From positions 8,084 through 72,083 of the forward strand of contig JAKOXL010000001.1 in assembly GCA_029781045.1 (NCBI GenBank): a stretch of DNA of 64,000 nt. The letters are read 5' to 3'. Below are positions 27,011 to 36,699 of this stretch, piece by piece (positions within the stretch are counted from its first letter, which is position 1; each line of letters starts with the position of its first letter). The position numbers and the translations under genes were made by a program. A model generated the notes under the pieces. That model saw only the letters and a list, made by a program, of their open reading frames with translations, made no database searches and had not been told where the DNA came from. The stretch is from Bacillota bacterium (GTDB taxonomy: Bacteria > Bacillota > UBA994 > UBA5500).

Positions 27011-28204
27011 ATGAAAGAGCGCTTGTCGACCCGTGCCAAACAGATTAGCCCTTCTGTTACTTTAGCCATTGACGCTAAAGCCAAGCAGATGGTGGCACAA
27101 GGCATCGACGTAATCAGTTTTGGCGTTGGCGAGCCCGATTTTGACACGCCTGAGCACATTCGCCAGGCCGGTATCGATGCCATCAACAGTGGTTTCACCC
27201 GTTACACCGCTGCCGCCGGTATAGCCGAGCTCAAAGCCGCCATTTGTGCCAAGTTTAAACGAGACAATGGTCTAGAGTACACCCCCGATCAGATTGTGGT
27301 TTCCAACGGTGCCAAACACTCCCTCTACAATGCTCTCCAAGTGCTGGTAGAGGAAGGCGATGAGGTTATCATCCCTGTGCCCTATTGGGTCAGCTACACC
27401 GAAATGGTTAAACTGGCCGGCGCCACCCCCGTATTTGTGGAAACCAAAGAAGAGAACGATTTCAAAGTGCAGGTAGCAGATCTGGAAGCTGTTGTTACCG
27501 AGCGGACCAAGGTTCTCATGCTTAACAGCCCCAGCAACCCCACTGGTATGGTCTACGGGGAAGACGAGCTTAAGGCTATCGCCGATTTCTGCCTTAAACA
27601 TAACCTCTTTGTTATTGCCGATGAGATCTACGAAGAGCTGGTATACGACGGCGCCAAGCACTACAGCATCGCCAGCGTTGAGCCTAAGATTAAGGACTAC
27701 ACCGTTGTCGTTAATGGTATGTCCAAAGCCTTTGCGATGACTGGTTGGCGTATTGGTTATACCGCCTCCCATGTGGATATCGCTAAGGCCATGAGCAGCA
27801 TGCAGAGCCATGCCACTTCCAACCCCAACTCTATTGCCCAGAAGGCTAGTGTGGCTGCGCTCAACGGCTCTATGGAACCTGTTCGTGCCATGGTGGCCGA
27901 GTTCGCCAAACGCCGCGAGTTTATGGTGGAGCGGGTCAATCAGATTAAGGGTCTCTCTTGCCGTAAGCCGCTGGGTGCCTTCTATGTTATGGCCAACGTA
28001 CAAGAGCTGATTGGCAAGACCATTGGCGGCGAAGTGATCAAAGATGATCTGCATCTTGCTGCCGTCCTGTTGGATAAGGCCCATGTGGCTGTTGTTCCGG
28101 GTGCTGCTTTCGGTGCCGCCGGTTACATGCGTCTATCCTATGCCACTTCCATGGAGAAGATCAAGGAAGGTCTCGATCGCATCGACAAGTTCATTAACGG
28201 CTAA
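27011..28204 (+). CDS. aspB: aspartate aminotransferase (class I PLP-dependent aminotransferase)
   Basis: Aminotransferase class I/II motifs, including the PLP lysine region (NGMSKAFAMTGWRIGY). Start at MKERLS with an AAAGGAGTG RBS; the track ORF starts 48 nt earlier without an RBS. Confidence 0.85.
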   Translation: MKERLSTRAKQISPSVTLAIDAKAKQMVAQGIDVISFGVGEPDFDTPEHIRQAGIDAINSGFTRYTAAAGIAELKAAICAKFKRDNGLEYTPDQIVVSNGAKHSLYNALQVLVEEGDEVIIPVPYWVSYTEMVKLAGATPVFVETKEENDFKVQVADLEAVVTERTKVLMLNSPSNPTGMVYGEDELKAIADFCLKHNLFVIADEIYEELVYDGAKHYSIASVEPKIKDYTVVVNGMSKAFAMTGWRIGYTASHVDIAKAMSSMQSHATSNPNSIAQKASVAALNGSMEPVRAMVAEFAKRREFMVERVNQIKGLSCRKPLGAFYVMANVQELIGKTIGGEVIKDDLHLAAVLLDKAHVAVVPGAAFGAAGYMRLSYATSMEKIKEGLDRIDKFING

Positions 28205-28212
28205 CACATCTT

Positions 28213-28245
28213 GGGGGCTGTCGCAAGACAGCCCCTTTGGTTTTT
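28213..28245 (+). terminator. intrinsic terminator after aspB (GGGGCTGTC-GCAA-GACAGCCCC plus T-run)
   Basis: ggggctgtc-gcaa-gacagcccc followed by tttggttttt. Confidence 0.65.
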
Positions 28246-28376
28246 ATTATGCTCTGGGGCAATCCCGGTAACGACAGATGGCCCGGTTGTCCTTGGCTGG
28301 ATGCCCTGGTTTTGCCACAGCCCTACGGAATGCAAAGAAAAGGAGGCTGTTTTGCGGCAACCCCTTCTTTTCCTAA

Positions 28377-28913
28377 TTAGATAGGAAGGTCAACCAACTG
28401 TTGGCGCAATGCTTGCCTGGCCCGGTACAGGCGGCAGCGAACTGACTCGATGGAGCACTCGAAGGCCTGGGCAAGTTCTTCATAGGACAGGCTTTTGATA
28501 TACTTTAGAATAAGCAAGTTGCGGTAAATCTCGGGCAGACGGGCTAGGGCCTGCTCTAGCGAGCGGCGTAGATCTTGCAATTCTAGGCGACGCAAAACAT
28601 CGTTGCCCACGCTAAGACTGGCCTCGGTCTGGTGCAGCTCGGCCCAATTGTCATCGAGGGATACCTGATACAACCGGGAGTTACGTTGGCAGTAATCTCT
28701 GTATACGTTAGCCATAATGCGCTGCACCCAGGTGGCAAAAGCAGCCTCTCCCCGAAAACGGGGCCAGGCGCTATAGGCTTTCATCAGCGCTTCTTGCACC
28801 AAATCCTCCGCTTCTTGCCAATTGCCGGTTAAGGCCCGGGCCTGCATACGGAGCTTTTCCCAGCAAGCACTAAGAGCGTGCTCGAAGGACTGGGCCGTTT
28901 GTTCAAAACTCAT
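28377..28913 (-). CDS. RNA polymerase sigma-70 factor, ECF subfamily
   Basis: Sigma-70 region 2 (DLVQEALMKAYSAW...) and region 4 HTH (SYEELAQAFECSIESVRCRLYRAR). Start at MSFEQTA with an AAGGGGTGA RBS. No anti-sigma ORF is adjacent. Confidence 0.8.
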   Translation of the reverse strand: MSFEQTAQSFEHALSACWEKLRMQARALTGNWQEAEDLVQEALMKAYSAWPRFRGEAAFATWVQRIMANVYRDYCQRNSRLYQVSLDDNWAELHQTEASLSVGNDVLRRLELQDLRRSLEQALARLPEIYRNLLILKYIKSLSYEELAQAFECSIESVRCRLYRARQALRQQLVDLPI

Positions 28914-29025
28914 CGGTATCACCCCTTGTATGTTTTTCCATTGCCTGCCCATAATTAAAGGTACAAGCGGATCGTTGCCGCCTCACAACGGCATCTCAAA
29001 CTATCAGGTAAAGGAACTGATCGCC

Positions 29026-31155
29026 TTGCCTATTGCTAAAGAGAAAGAACTACCTCGTGAACAGACAAGCCCCATAAAACGTTTTCTCAAGCGGGCCCTC
29101 TTTACTGGAGCGGCTTTAGTGGCCATTGCTCTAATTCTGTTGGCCACTTATGTGGTCTTCTGGCCCTTCGAACTTAAGACTCCGGAGCGTACAACCAACA
29201 TACTGGCCGACGATGGGCAGCTACTGACCAGCATCTATGTGGAGAATCGCCGGCCGGTACCCTTATCGGAAATCGCCCCTGAATTCTTGGATGCGGTGAT
29301 TGCCGTAGAAGATAGCCGTTTTTATCAACATCGGGGCATTGATTTTATTCGTCTGGGCAAAGCCATTTTGGTCAACATTCAGACCCGCTCCAAGGCCCAA
29401 GGTGCCAGCACCATAACACAACAGCTGGCCCGTAATTTATATTTAACCTTAGAGAAGAAATATAGCCGGAAAATTATGGAGGCTATCCTGGCTCTGCAAC
29501 TGGAGCAACACCTAACCAAAGATGAGATTTTGGAGCTTTACGTCAATCAGATTTATTACGGTCACGGGTTATATGGCATTCAGAATGCGGCCCGCTTTTA
29601 TTATGGAAAGGATGCGGCCGATCTCACTCTAGCCCAATCTACCATGTTGGCCGGCATCATCCGGGTGCCCGAAGTCTACTCTCCCATCAACGATTTTGAG
29701 ACCGCCCGCAAGAGACAGCGGGTAGTGCTCAACCGTATGGTTGCTACCGGAAAACTGACACCCGAAGAAGCCGATGCGGTGTTTGAGCGCGAGGATGAAG
29801 TAAGGCCTGTACAACCTGAACCCCAGAACATTTCGGCCGGTTACGTGCGGGGTGTTATAGTCCAGCACTTGAGCAACCGTTATCTCAATGGGGCCCAATA
29901 TGCTTACAAGGGAGGCCTTACTATACAAACCACCATTAATCGCGAACTGCAGGCAGCCGCCGAAGCGGCTGTGAAGGAGGGCCTCGACTATCTCACTAGA
30001 CAGGGCCTGTTGCGCCTAGATGTGGAAGGAAAACCCATCGCCGACGTGGCTCTAGTGGCCCTCGATCCCAAGACGGGGGAAATCAAGGCCATGGTTGGTG
30101 GCAAGAACTATCGAGAAAGCACCTTTAATCGGGTCTATGCCAAACGACCACCCGGGTCTACGTTCAAACCTATCATGTATGCGGAGGCTTTGCGGCAGGG
30201 CAAGGTCACCTTAGCCACCCCTATTCTCTGCGCCCATGAGTCCTTCACCATTCCGGGGCAGAAGGAGCCCTGGGAACCCAAAGACTTTGGCGGCCGCTAT
30301 CATGATCGGGAGCTAACTGTGCGGGAAGCTATTGCCGTATCCGACAACGTGATAGCCGCTAAGGTTATGCGGGATGTGGGACCTACCCCGGTAGTAGAGC
30401 TAGCCAAGAGCCTAGGTATTCCTCTTCAAGCCAAGGATGCTGTTTTATCTCTAGCCCTAGGGACCGTGGATATATCGCCCCTAGAGCTGGCTGTAGCCTT
30501 CGCCACCTTTGCCAACCAAGGGCAACGGGTTGAACCGCTGTTGATCCGCAGCATTCAAGACCCCAATAATCGGGTCTGGGAAAGCAACTCCCCTAAGAAC
30601 CCCGTGCCCGTGCTCGACGAACGCATCACCTGGCTGATAACCAATGCCCTAAAGGACGTAATCCGCACTGGTACGGGGACCCCTGTCCGCAACTGGTGCA
30701 GCGATCCCCGAGTTGCCGCGAAAACAGGCACCACCGGCAACAGTGTCGGCCGGGTTAATAGTGCTTGGTTGGCTGGTTACACACCCGATTTGGTGACCGT
30801 TGTCTATATTGGCGCCGATGACTACGAGCAATCTATCGTGCCGGGCAACAACTTGGGCGGTGGTACTCTGGCCGGAGCCATTTGGGGTCGTTTCATGGGT
30901 AAGGCCCAGCAAATTCTGCCCAATACGCCGGAACCCCCAATGCCGGAAGGTATCGTCAAAGAGGAGATTTGCACCGCATCAGGCGAAAAGGCCACCTTCC
31001 GTTGTCCCGAGGAGACCCGCACCCAAGAATACTTCTTGCAGGAATATGCGCCAGACCAGGGCTGTTCCGTGCACGGTGGTAGCTGGTTCGACCCCGGCGA
31101 GGACCGACCTTGGTGGGAGATCCTCTTCCCCAATCTCTTCCGCCCTAGACGCTGA
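29026..31155 (+). CDS. class A penicillin-binding protein (PBP1A-type transglycosylase/transpeptidase)
   Basis: N-terminal TM segment; GT51 motifs (EDSRFYQHRGID, RNLYL); transpeptidase motifs STFKP, SDN and KTGTT. The start is uncertain: a TTG at 29026 with AAAGGAA upstream is proposed, because the track ORF start overlaps the divergent sigma gene. Confidence 0.75.
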   Translation: MPIAKEKELPREQTSPIKRFLKRALFTGAALVAIALILLATYVVFWPFELKTPERTTNILADDGQLLTSIYVENRRPVPLSEIAPEFLDAVIAVEDSRFYQHRGIDFIRLGKAILVNIQTRSKAQGASTITQQLARNLYLTLEKKYSRKIMEAILALQLEQHLTKDEILELYVNQIYYGHGLYGIQNAARFYYGKDAADLTLAQSTMLAGIIRVPEVYSPINDFETARKRQRVVLNRMVATGKLTPEEADAVFEREDEVRPVQPEPQNISAGYVRGVIVQHLSNRYLNGAQYAYKGGLTIQTTINRELQAAAEAAVKEGLDYLTRQGLLRLDVEGKPIADVALVALDPKTGEIKAMVGGKNYRESTFNRVYAKRPPGSTFKPIMYAEALRQGKVTLATPILCAHESFTIPGQKEPWEPKDFGGRYHDRELTVREAIAVSDNVIAAKVMRDVGPTPVVELAKSLGIPLQAKDAVLSLALGTVDISPLELAVAFATFANQGQRVEPLLIRSIQDPNNRVWESNSPKNPVPVLDERITWLITNALKDVIRTGTGTPVRNWCSDPRVAAKTGTTGNSVGRVNSAWLAGYTPDLVTVVYIGADDYEQSIVPGNNLGGGTLAGAIWGRFMGKAQQILPNTPEPPMPEGIVKEEICTASGEKATFRCPEETRTQEYFLQEYAPDQGCSVHGGSWFDPGEDRPWWEILFPNLFRPRR

Positions 31156-31861
31156 TATACCCATCCGCATAGGAGGGGACTAGGGAGCTATAGTTGCTGC
31201 GGGCGGCATGCAACACATCTTCCTTAAGCCCCAACTGACTCAATCCCTGCCCGCTGGTGGTCTGCAGGAAGAATTGTTCCAAGTTGCAGGCCGCTTGTCG
31301 ATAGCTGGCCAAGGCGATGCGCGCTCCATCGGTCAACTGCACCACCGGGGCGCGCTTCTCTACTTCCGCGATAATCAACCCGGCGCACAGCACGTCTTCC
31401 GCCGCTATCTTACCAAGAGTGCCAGAACAGACTAGCAAAACGTCGGAGGCCGACGCCAACAGTCTCTCCGCCACCGCACTCCCGTTAGCCATGCTGGCAA
31501 TTAGGATTTGCTTACTACTGGCAACCCGTTGCAGTGCTCGGGTGCCATTGGTGGTGGTAAATACGATGGGCTTGGCTTCTGGCAACTGCAGATATTCCCG
31601 CGGTGAATTACCAAAATCAAAGCCGGGAGGCCGTAATCTATTACGCTCACCACCTAAGTAACAGCCGCCCCGCTCCCCATACTTGGCCGCCAGCACCTGC
31701 GCTTCTTCAAGAGTAGCCACGGGAACAATATGGGGTGCCCCTCCTGCCAAGGCCGCCAAAATGGTACTGGTGGCCCGCAACACATCGATAACCACCGTGG
31801 TTTTGCCCGTTAAGTCGTCCGGTACTAGTTCTAAGACAAAGGCCACATCGATACTTACCAA
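31145..31861 (-). CDS. 2-phosphosulfolactate phosphatase family protein (ComB-like)
   Basis: VVIDVLRATST... N-terminal pattern and a size of 238 aa, consistent with the ComB family. Assigned from memory of family signatures. Confidence 0.5.
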   Translation of the reverse strand: MVSIDVAFVLELVPDDLTGKTTVVIDVLRATSTILAALAGGAPHIVPVATLEEAQVLAAKYGERGGCYLGGERNRLRPPGFDFGNSPREYLQLPEAKPIVFTTTNGTRALQRVASSKQILIASMANGSAVAERLLASASDVLLVCSGTLGKIAAEDVLCAGLIIAEVEKRAPVVQLTDGARIALASYRQAACNLEQFFLQTTSGQGLSQLGLKEDVLHAARSNYSSLVPSYADGYISV

Positions 31862-31875
31862 ACCCTTTCCCTCCT

Positions 31876-32547
31876 CTAGTCTCTAGGAGTGACTACAACT
31901 AACAATAGTCCCTCTTCCACTTCTATAGAGCATTCGGTGGCCACGGGAATGTTGCTAATTCCCAGACCTTGGCCCCAGCTCAAAGTAGCATCAGTGAGCG
32001 GCCAATGAAAACCTTTGGCCGTAACCCCTCGGGCCACGGGAGCAAAGGCCATGATTGAAACCAGTTGATTACTCTCTGGTCGGAGCGTTACTTTGTCGCT
32101 TACAAAATAGGCGTCGGTGGTTCCATCGGTAAAAGAAATACGGAATCCCTGCTGCGCAAAAGGAGCGAAAAGCAATAGGTTGGCTAGAGAATGGTCCAAA
32201 CGACTTCCCCAGCCCCCCACCACCAGCAGTTGGCGGTGACCACGAGCTTTGATGACCTGCCAAGCCAGCTCGGTGTCGGTATAGTCCTTCTCACGGTCAA
32301 AGGTTAACAGCTCAACCCCTTGCTCCCTGGCGGCTTGCAGCAGGTCTAAATCAATGGAATCGAAGTCCCCTACCAAAAGGTGAGGCCAACGGCCCAGGCG
32401 ATGCAGGTGCTTAAGAGCTCCATCGGCACAGACCAGGTAATCGTCGTCCTGCAATCGCCGAGCAACGCCCGCCAGATCTGCATAGGAACCGTTGCTAAAA
32501 ATGACCGCTCGAGCGGCGGTCACTTGCTCTCCCTGCCTCATATTCAT
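31876..32547 (-). CDS. thiamine diphosphokinase
   Basis: GDFDSI catalytic motif and a C-terminal TPK thiamine-binding beta domain. 223 aa. Confidence 0.6.
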   Translation of the reverse strand: MNMRQGEQVTAARAVIFSNGSYADLAGVARRLQDDDYLVCADGALKHLHRLGRWPHLLVGDFDSIDLDLLQAAREQGVELLTFDREKDYTDTELAWQVIKARGHRQLLVVGGWGSRLDHSLANLLLFAPFAQQGFRISFTDGTTDAYFVSDKVTLRPESNQLVSIMAFAPVARGVTAKGFHWPLTDATLSWGQGLGISNIPVATECSIEVEEGLLLVVVTPRD

Positions 32548-32558
32548 CCCAGCTTTCC

Positions 32559-33626
32559 TTATTCTTCTCGTCCTAAATATCTGGCTGCCAGATGAACACT
32601 CACCAGACCGGTTAGTATTAGATAAGCAATGGGTCCAAAAGCCGGCTCATTACCGGCGGCAAAATACCCCCGTACGATTTGGGCCGAAATGAGGGTTGGC
32701 ACGATACTACTTACACGCTCTAGCCACAGGGGTAGCACCACTGGCACGGCAGCCAGGAACATGGCCGGCAGTGTCAACAGAAAGCGTAAGCCGTTCCCCT
32801 CATTGCTCCCGCGCACGTAGGAACCGATGAGCACCCCTAAGGCCACCGAGTTAAAGCAAATGCTAACTATAATGAGGTAAAACTGAGGGTCGGTGACAAA
32901 GGGCGCTGGTAAGATAACGCCAGTCAGCACCACAATGGCCAGCAAGGGCAATAGGGCGCTAAACAAACCCGCCCCTACCTTAGCCCAGACAATCTGACGA
33001 TCGGTCAACGGCGATTTGCGCAGAGAGATTAAGGTGTTTTTGTGGCGCTCCATGCTGATACTCTGCTGACCTAGGCTCATGGCCGTCATAACCCCCATAA
33101 TGACAAAGAGGGAAGAATAGACCAATTGCCCCATAGAAGTAACCGGTTGACTAACCTCCACCACTTGCCAGGAAATGGGCAGAAGGATGCTCTCCGGGTC
33201 AGCAACCAAATCTGCCAAAGTCTCCATGGCCCGCAGTTGATTACTGTCTCGCACTATTTCGGTAAAGATAGCTTGCGCCACAGTACCTTCTGTTTCCGTC
33301 AGGTTGGCATACATGGTAACTTCCCGCGACTGCAAGACCAGATAGGCATGAATGGCTCCTGCTTGCAGCCGTTTAGCCGCCTCCGGCTCGCTTAGCGGCC
33401 AGATGACAAGCTTAATATTGCTGGCTGCCGCTTCTTGTACCCGCTGCTCTAAGGTGGGCAGATAGGCCGGATTGCCTACTAAGGCCACCTTTACCTCCAG
33501 CGACTGATCTTGTAGATAGAAGTTGGCAGCCAACAGAATCAGAGGCACAATGATCATCCAAAGCAATTCTCGCCGATTTCTTAGCACGGTGCGAATATCT
33601 TTTTTCAGCAGCACATAACCCTTCAT
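32559..33626 (-). CDS. ABC-2 family transporter permease
   Basis: N-terminal TM segment, a large extracytoplasmic domain and a C-terminal 5-TM ABC-2 membrane domain. Overlaps the upstream ATPase gene by 4 nt. Confidence 0.6.
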   Translation of the reverse strand: MKGYVLLKKDIRTVLRNRRELLWMIIVPLILLAANFYLQDQSLEVKVALVGNPAYLPTLEQRVQEAAASNIKLVIWPLSEPEAAKRLQAGAIHAYLVLQSREVTMYANLTETEGTVAQAIFTEIVRDSNQLRAMETLADLVADPESILLPISWQVVEVSQPVTSMGQLVYSSLFVIMGVMTAMSLGQQSISMERHKNTLISLRKSPLTDRQIVWAKVGAGLFSALLPLLAIVVLTGVILPAPFVTDPQFYLIIVSICFNSVALGVLIGSYVRGSNEGNGLRFLLTLPAMFLAAVPVVLPLWLERVSSIVPTLISAQIVRGYFAAGNEPAFGPIAYLILTGLVSVHLAARYLGREE

Positions 33627-34525
33627 TGGGCAACCTCCTGATAGACCCGTTGATAGACATCTTCTAGAGCTGCCCCCTGCTTTTGCATATCCAGCACCGC
33701 AATCTGTTGTTCCGTCAGGGCTGCCAATACTCTCTGAAGGTTTTCCGGCCTGTTTAGCACCGAAATAACGCCGGGAGCCGGAGTAGTTATTAGTCCCTCC
33801 AACCCCTGGGGCTGGGCATCAACCCGCAGCTCGATGTAGTCATAAAATCCGTATTTCTCTTTTATCTTCTCCAATGTGCCGGAGATGACCATCCTGCCTT
33901 CTTTCATAATGCCCACTTCCTGACAAAGGTCCGCCAACTCCCGCAGATTGTGGGAAGCGATTATCACCGTCATCTCGTTATATTGCAGCAAGTAGTGGAT
34001 AAAATCTCGCAGGCTCTGCATAGCCAGCGGATCCAGGCCCGAAAAGGGCTCATCCAGAAAGAGCAGCCGTGGATTGTGAATGCAGGCGGAGAGGATGGCC
34101 ACCTTCTTGCGCATGCCGGTGGAAAGACGTCCTACCTGCTGGCGGCGCCACTCGTCTAATTCGAAGCGTTGCAGGAGCTCACCTATGTTGCGGCTAACGC
34201 CATAAAGGTCAGCAAAGAAACGCAGCGTCTCCTCCACCGTCAATTCGTCATAGAGGCGCAGATTCTCCGTCAATAGGCCCGTCAGCCGCCGAATGCGTTT
34301 CTGGTCCTTAAGCAGATCTAACCCCAATATCCAACCGGAACCTTTCGAAGGTGCCAAAAGGGTGTTGAGGAGCATAAAGGTGGTAGTTTTACCGGCCCCG
34401 TTATGGCCAATCAGACCATAAATACTATTGGCCTTAATCATCAGAGACAGGTCCTTAACCGCACAAGTCGGACCTATCTTACTGACGAAAGTCTTAGTCA
34501 ACCCATCAGTGATAATGGCGTTCAT
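33623..34525 (-). CDS. ABC transporter ATP-binding protein
   Basis: Walker A (GHNGAGKTT), signature (LSTGMRKK) and Walker B (LLFLDEP). Start at MNAIITDG with a GAGGCGGGG RBS. Confidence 0.8.
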   Translation of the reverse strand: MNAIITDGLTKTFVSKIGPTCAVKDLSLMIKANSIYGLIGHNGAGKTTTFMLLNTLLAPSKGSGWILGLDLLKDQKRIRRLTGLLTENLRLYDELTVEETLRFFADLYGVSRNIGELLQRFELDEWRRQQVGRLSTGMRKKVAILSACIHNPRLLFLDEPFSGLDPLAMQSLRDFIHYLLQYNEMTVIIASHNLRELADLCQEVGIMKEGRMVISGTLEKIKEKYGFYDYIELRVDAQPQGLEGLITTPAPGVISVLNRPENLQRVLAALTEQQIAVLDMQKQGAALEDVYQRVYQEVAQ

Positions 34526-34661
34526 GGTTCCCCGCCTCTCTAACATGAGCATGAATATCATATAACGTTCTACTCACTGGCCCCCAATCCCTGCATTTTG
34601 AGCAGGAATAGCTGGCACCGACGCGAAAGAAACATTAGAACAAAAAAGAGGGTGAAGTAGG

Positions 34662-36665
34662 TTGCAGAACATACTAGCCAAAGTTAAGAACGAGTTTTCT
34701 GGTAATAGGGCTTTTGCCCACGTGGCCGAAGTTGCTCAACATCACCGTATTCAGGCCAGCCCCGGCTTTCGGGCTGCTGCCGAGTACTGCCAAAAGATGC
34801 TCCGGGAGCAGGGCATAACGGCGGAGATTCTCTCCTACCCGGCCGATGGCCAGACCACCTATTGGACCCAATTGATGATGGAAGAGTGGAACTGCGAAGA
34901 GGCGACCTTGGATCTCATCAGTCCAGCTCAAGAACGTCTAGCCAGCTTTGCCGATAACGCATTCTCTCTGATTCAACGCAGTATCAGCACCCCTGAAGAG
35001 GGAGTGGAAGCCCCCGTAGTTTTGCTGGATCGAGGCGACAGCCCGGAACCCTATGAGCAGTTGGATCTCCGCGGCGCCATCGTGTTCACCGACGGAGATA
35101 TCAACAAGGTTCGATCCTGGGCCATCGAAGAAAAGGGCGCCATCGGTATTATCAGCGACCGCATGGTAGAATTTGCTCCCATTCGGCATCGCTACGACAT
35201 TCCCGATGCTTTACAATATACTTCTTTTTGGTGGACGGGGAAGGAAAAGCGGTGTTTCGGTTTTGTGCTCTCTCCTAAGGTCGGTGACCGTCTGCGCCTG
35301 ATCTGCCGCCGCCTGCGGGAAGAACATGCGCAAGATCCCAGTAAACCTGCATACCCCAAAGTAAGGGCTTTCGTTCGGGCGTCCCTTTACCAGGGTCAGA
35401 TCGAGAATGTGACAGGTCTCATCCCTGGCCAAGCCGAGGAAGAAATAGTAATCACTGCCCATCTCTGTCATCCCAAGGCTTCCGCCAATGATAACGCCTC
35501 CGGCGTGGGAGTAGCTCTAGAAGCGGCCCGCACCCTTAACCAGCTGATTACCTCAGGGGAGTTGCCCCTGCCCCGACGTTCTATCCGTATTCTATTAATC
35601 CCGGAAATGACAGGTACCTATGCCTATTTGGCAACCAATGAGGAACGTATGCCCCAAATGTTAGCCGGAATTAATCTAGATATGGTGGGTGAAAACCAAG
35701 ACCTTTGCAAGGGACCTCTAGTACTAGAGTATCCGCCAGAAGCGGCCGGTTCCTTTGTGGGAGATCTGTTGGCCGCCATCATGGAGGAAGTGGCCGCCGA
35801 GAGCAAGAATCTGGCCGGCACCTCATCCTATGCCCTCTTTAAACATGCGATTGCGCCCTTTTCCGGTGGCAGCGACCACTACATCCTTTCCGACCCGACC
35901 GTGGGCATACCCTGCCCTATGTTGATTCAGTGGCCTGACAAATACTATCACACCAGCGAGGATACCTTAGATAAGGTGGATCCAGCTATGCTTTATCGCG
36001 TAGGCTGTATGACAGCCACCTATGTCTATCTCCTGGCCAACATGGGACTGAAGGAAGCCAGATGGCTCCTTTCGGAAAGCCGTGGGCGCTACTTACAGCA
36101 ATTGCAGCGCCTACTCAACGCCAGCGCAGAACAGCAGCTTAGGGCCTTTTCAGAGGCCGAGTTGCAAACCACTTGGCAACGGGTGCAATATAAACTTGAG
36201 CGTCGCAGTGCTGAACTAAACAGTATCAAGCGCTTCTTAACCCCAGAGGAGCAGGCTCTGTTTGCCGAGCCACTAACGGCAGAGAACCAATTCCTAAAGC
36301 AGCTCACCCATTCCCTCTGGCAGCACCATTTGCGGGAGTTAGGCGTCCAAAGGGTGGCGGAACCGGCGCCAATCTCTGACCCTGAACTGCAATTGGTGCC
36401 CCGTCGTCTCTTCCGTGGTCCTATCAGTATGCGAGGCAAGCTGGAGGCCCTATCTCCCGCCGATAGGCAGGCCTTTGACAAGCTAATAAGTAACCACAAG
36501 GAAGTGGCCCGCAGTGCCACCTATCTGGTCTATTGGGCCGATGGCAATCGCAACATTGCCGAGATTGATCGGTTGGTACAGATGGAGACGGGCGTTAGCG
36601 ATCCCTACTTTGCCCTTAACTACTTCCGTTTCCTGGAGAAACTAGGACTAGTAATTTGCCAGTGA
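34662..36665 (+). CDS. M28-like aminopeptidase-domain protein with a long C-terminal extension (DUF4910/DUF2172-like)
   Basis: M28-type metal-binding region (HLCHPKASANDNASGVGV). 667 aa with a ~250-aa helical C-terminal extension. Family call is from memory. Confidence 0.45.
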   Translation: MQNILAKVKNEFSGNRAFAHVAEVAQHHRIQASPGFRAAAEYCQKMLREQGITAEILSYPADGQTTYWTQLMMEEWNCEEATLDLISPAQERLASFADNAFSLIQRSISTPEEGVEAPVVLLDRGDSPEPYEQLDLRGAIVFTDGDINKVRSWAIEEKGAIGIISDRMVEFAPIRHRYDIPDALQYTSFWWTGKEKRCFGFVLSPKVGDRLRLICRRLREEHAQDPSKPAYPKVRAFVRASLYQGQIENVTGLIPGQAEEEIVITAHLCHPKASANDNASGVGVALEAARTLNQLITSGELPLPRRSIRILLIPEMTGTYAYLATNEERMPQMLAGINLDMVGENQDLCKGPLVLEYPPEAAGSFVGDLLAAIMEEVAAESKNLAGTSSYALFKHAIAPFSGGSDHYILSDPTVGIPCPMLIQWPDKYYHTSEDTLDKVDPAMLYRVGCMTATYVYLLANMGLKEARWLLSESRGRYLQQLQRLLNASAEQQLRAFSEAELQTTWQRVQYKLERRSAELNSIKRFLTPEEQALFAEPLTAENQFLKQLTHSLWQHHLRELGVQRVAEPAPISDPELQLVPRRLFRGPISMRGKLEALSPADRQAFDKLISNHKEVARSATYLVYWADGNRNIAEIDRLVQMETGVSDPYFALNYFRFLEKLGLVICQ

Positions 36666-36699
36666 ATGTGCCAAGAGACAAGAGAAAGGAGCTTGACTT

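Noticed and set aside
27272-28084. 270-aa minus-strand ORF inside aspB
   Set aside because: Antisense shadow of the aminotransferase gene; no recognisable motifs.
36089-36520. 143-aa minus-strand ORF inside the M28-like gene
   Set aside because: Antisense shadow; Cys/Ser/Arg-rich low-complexity translation.
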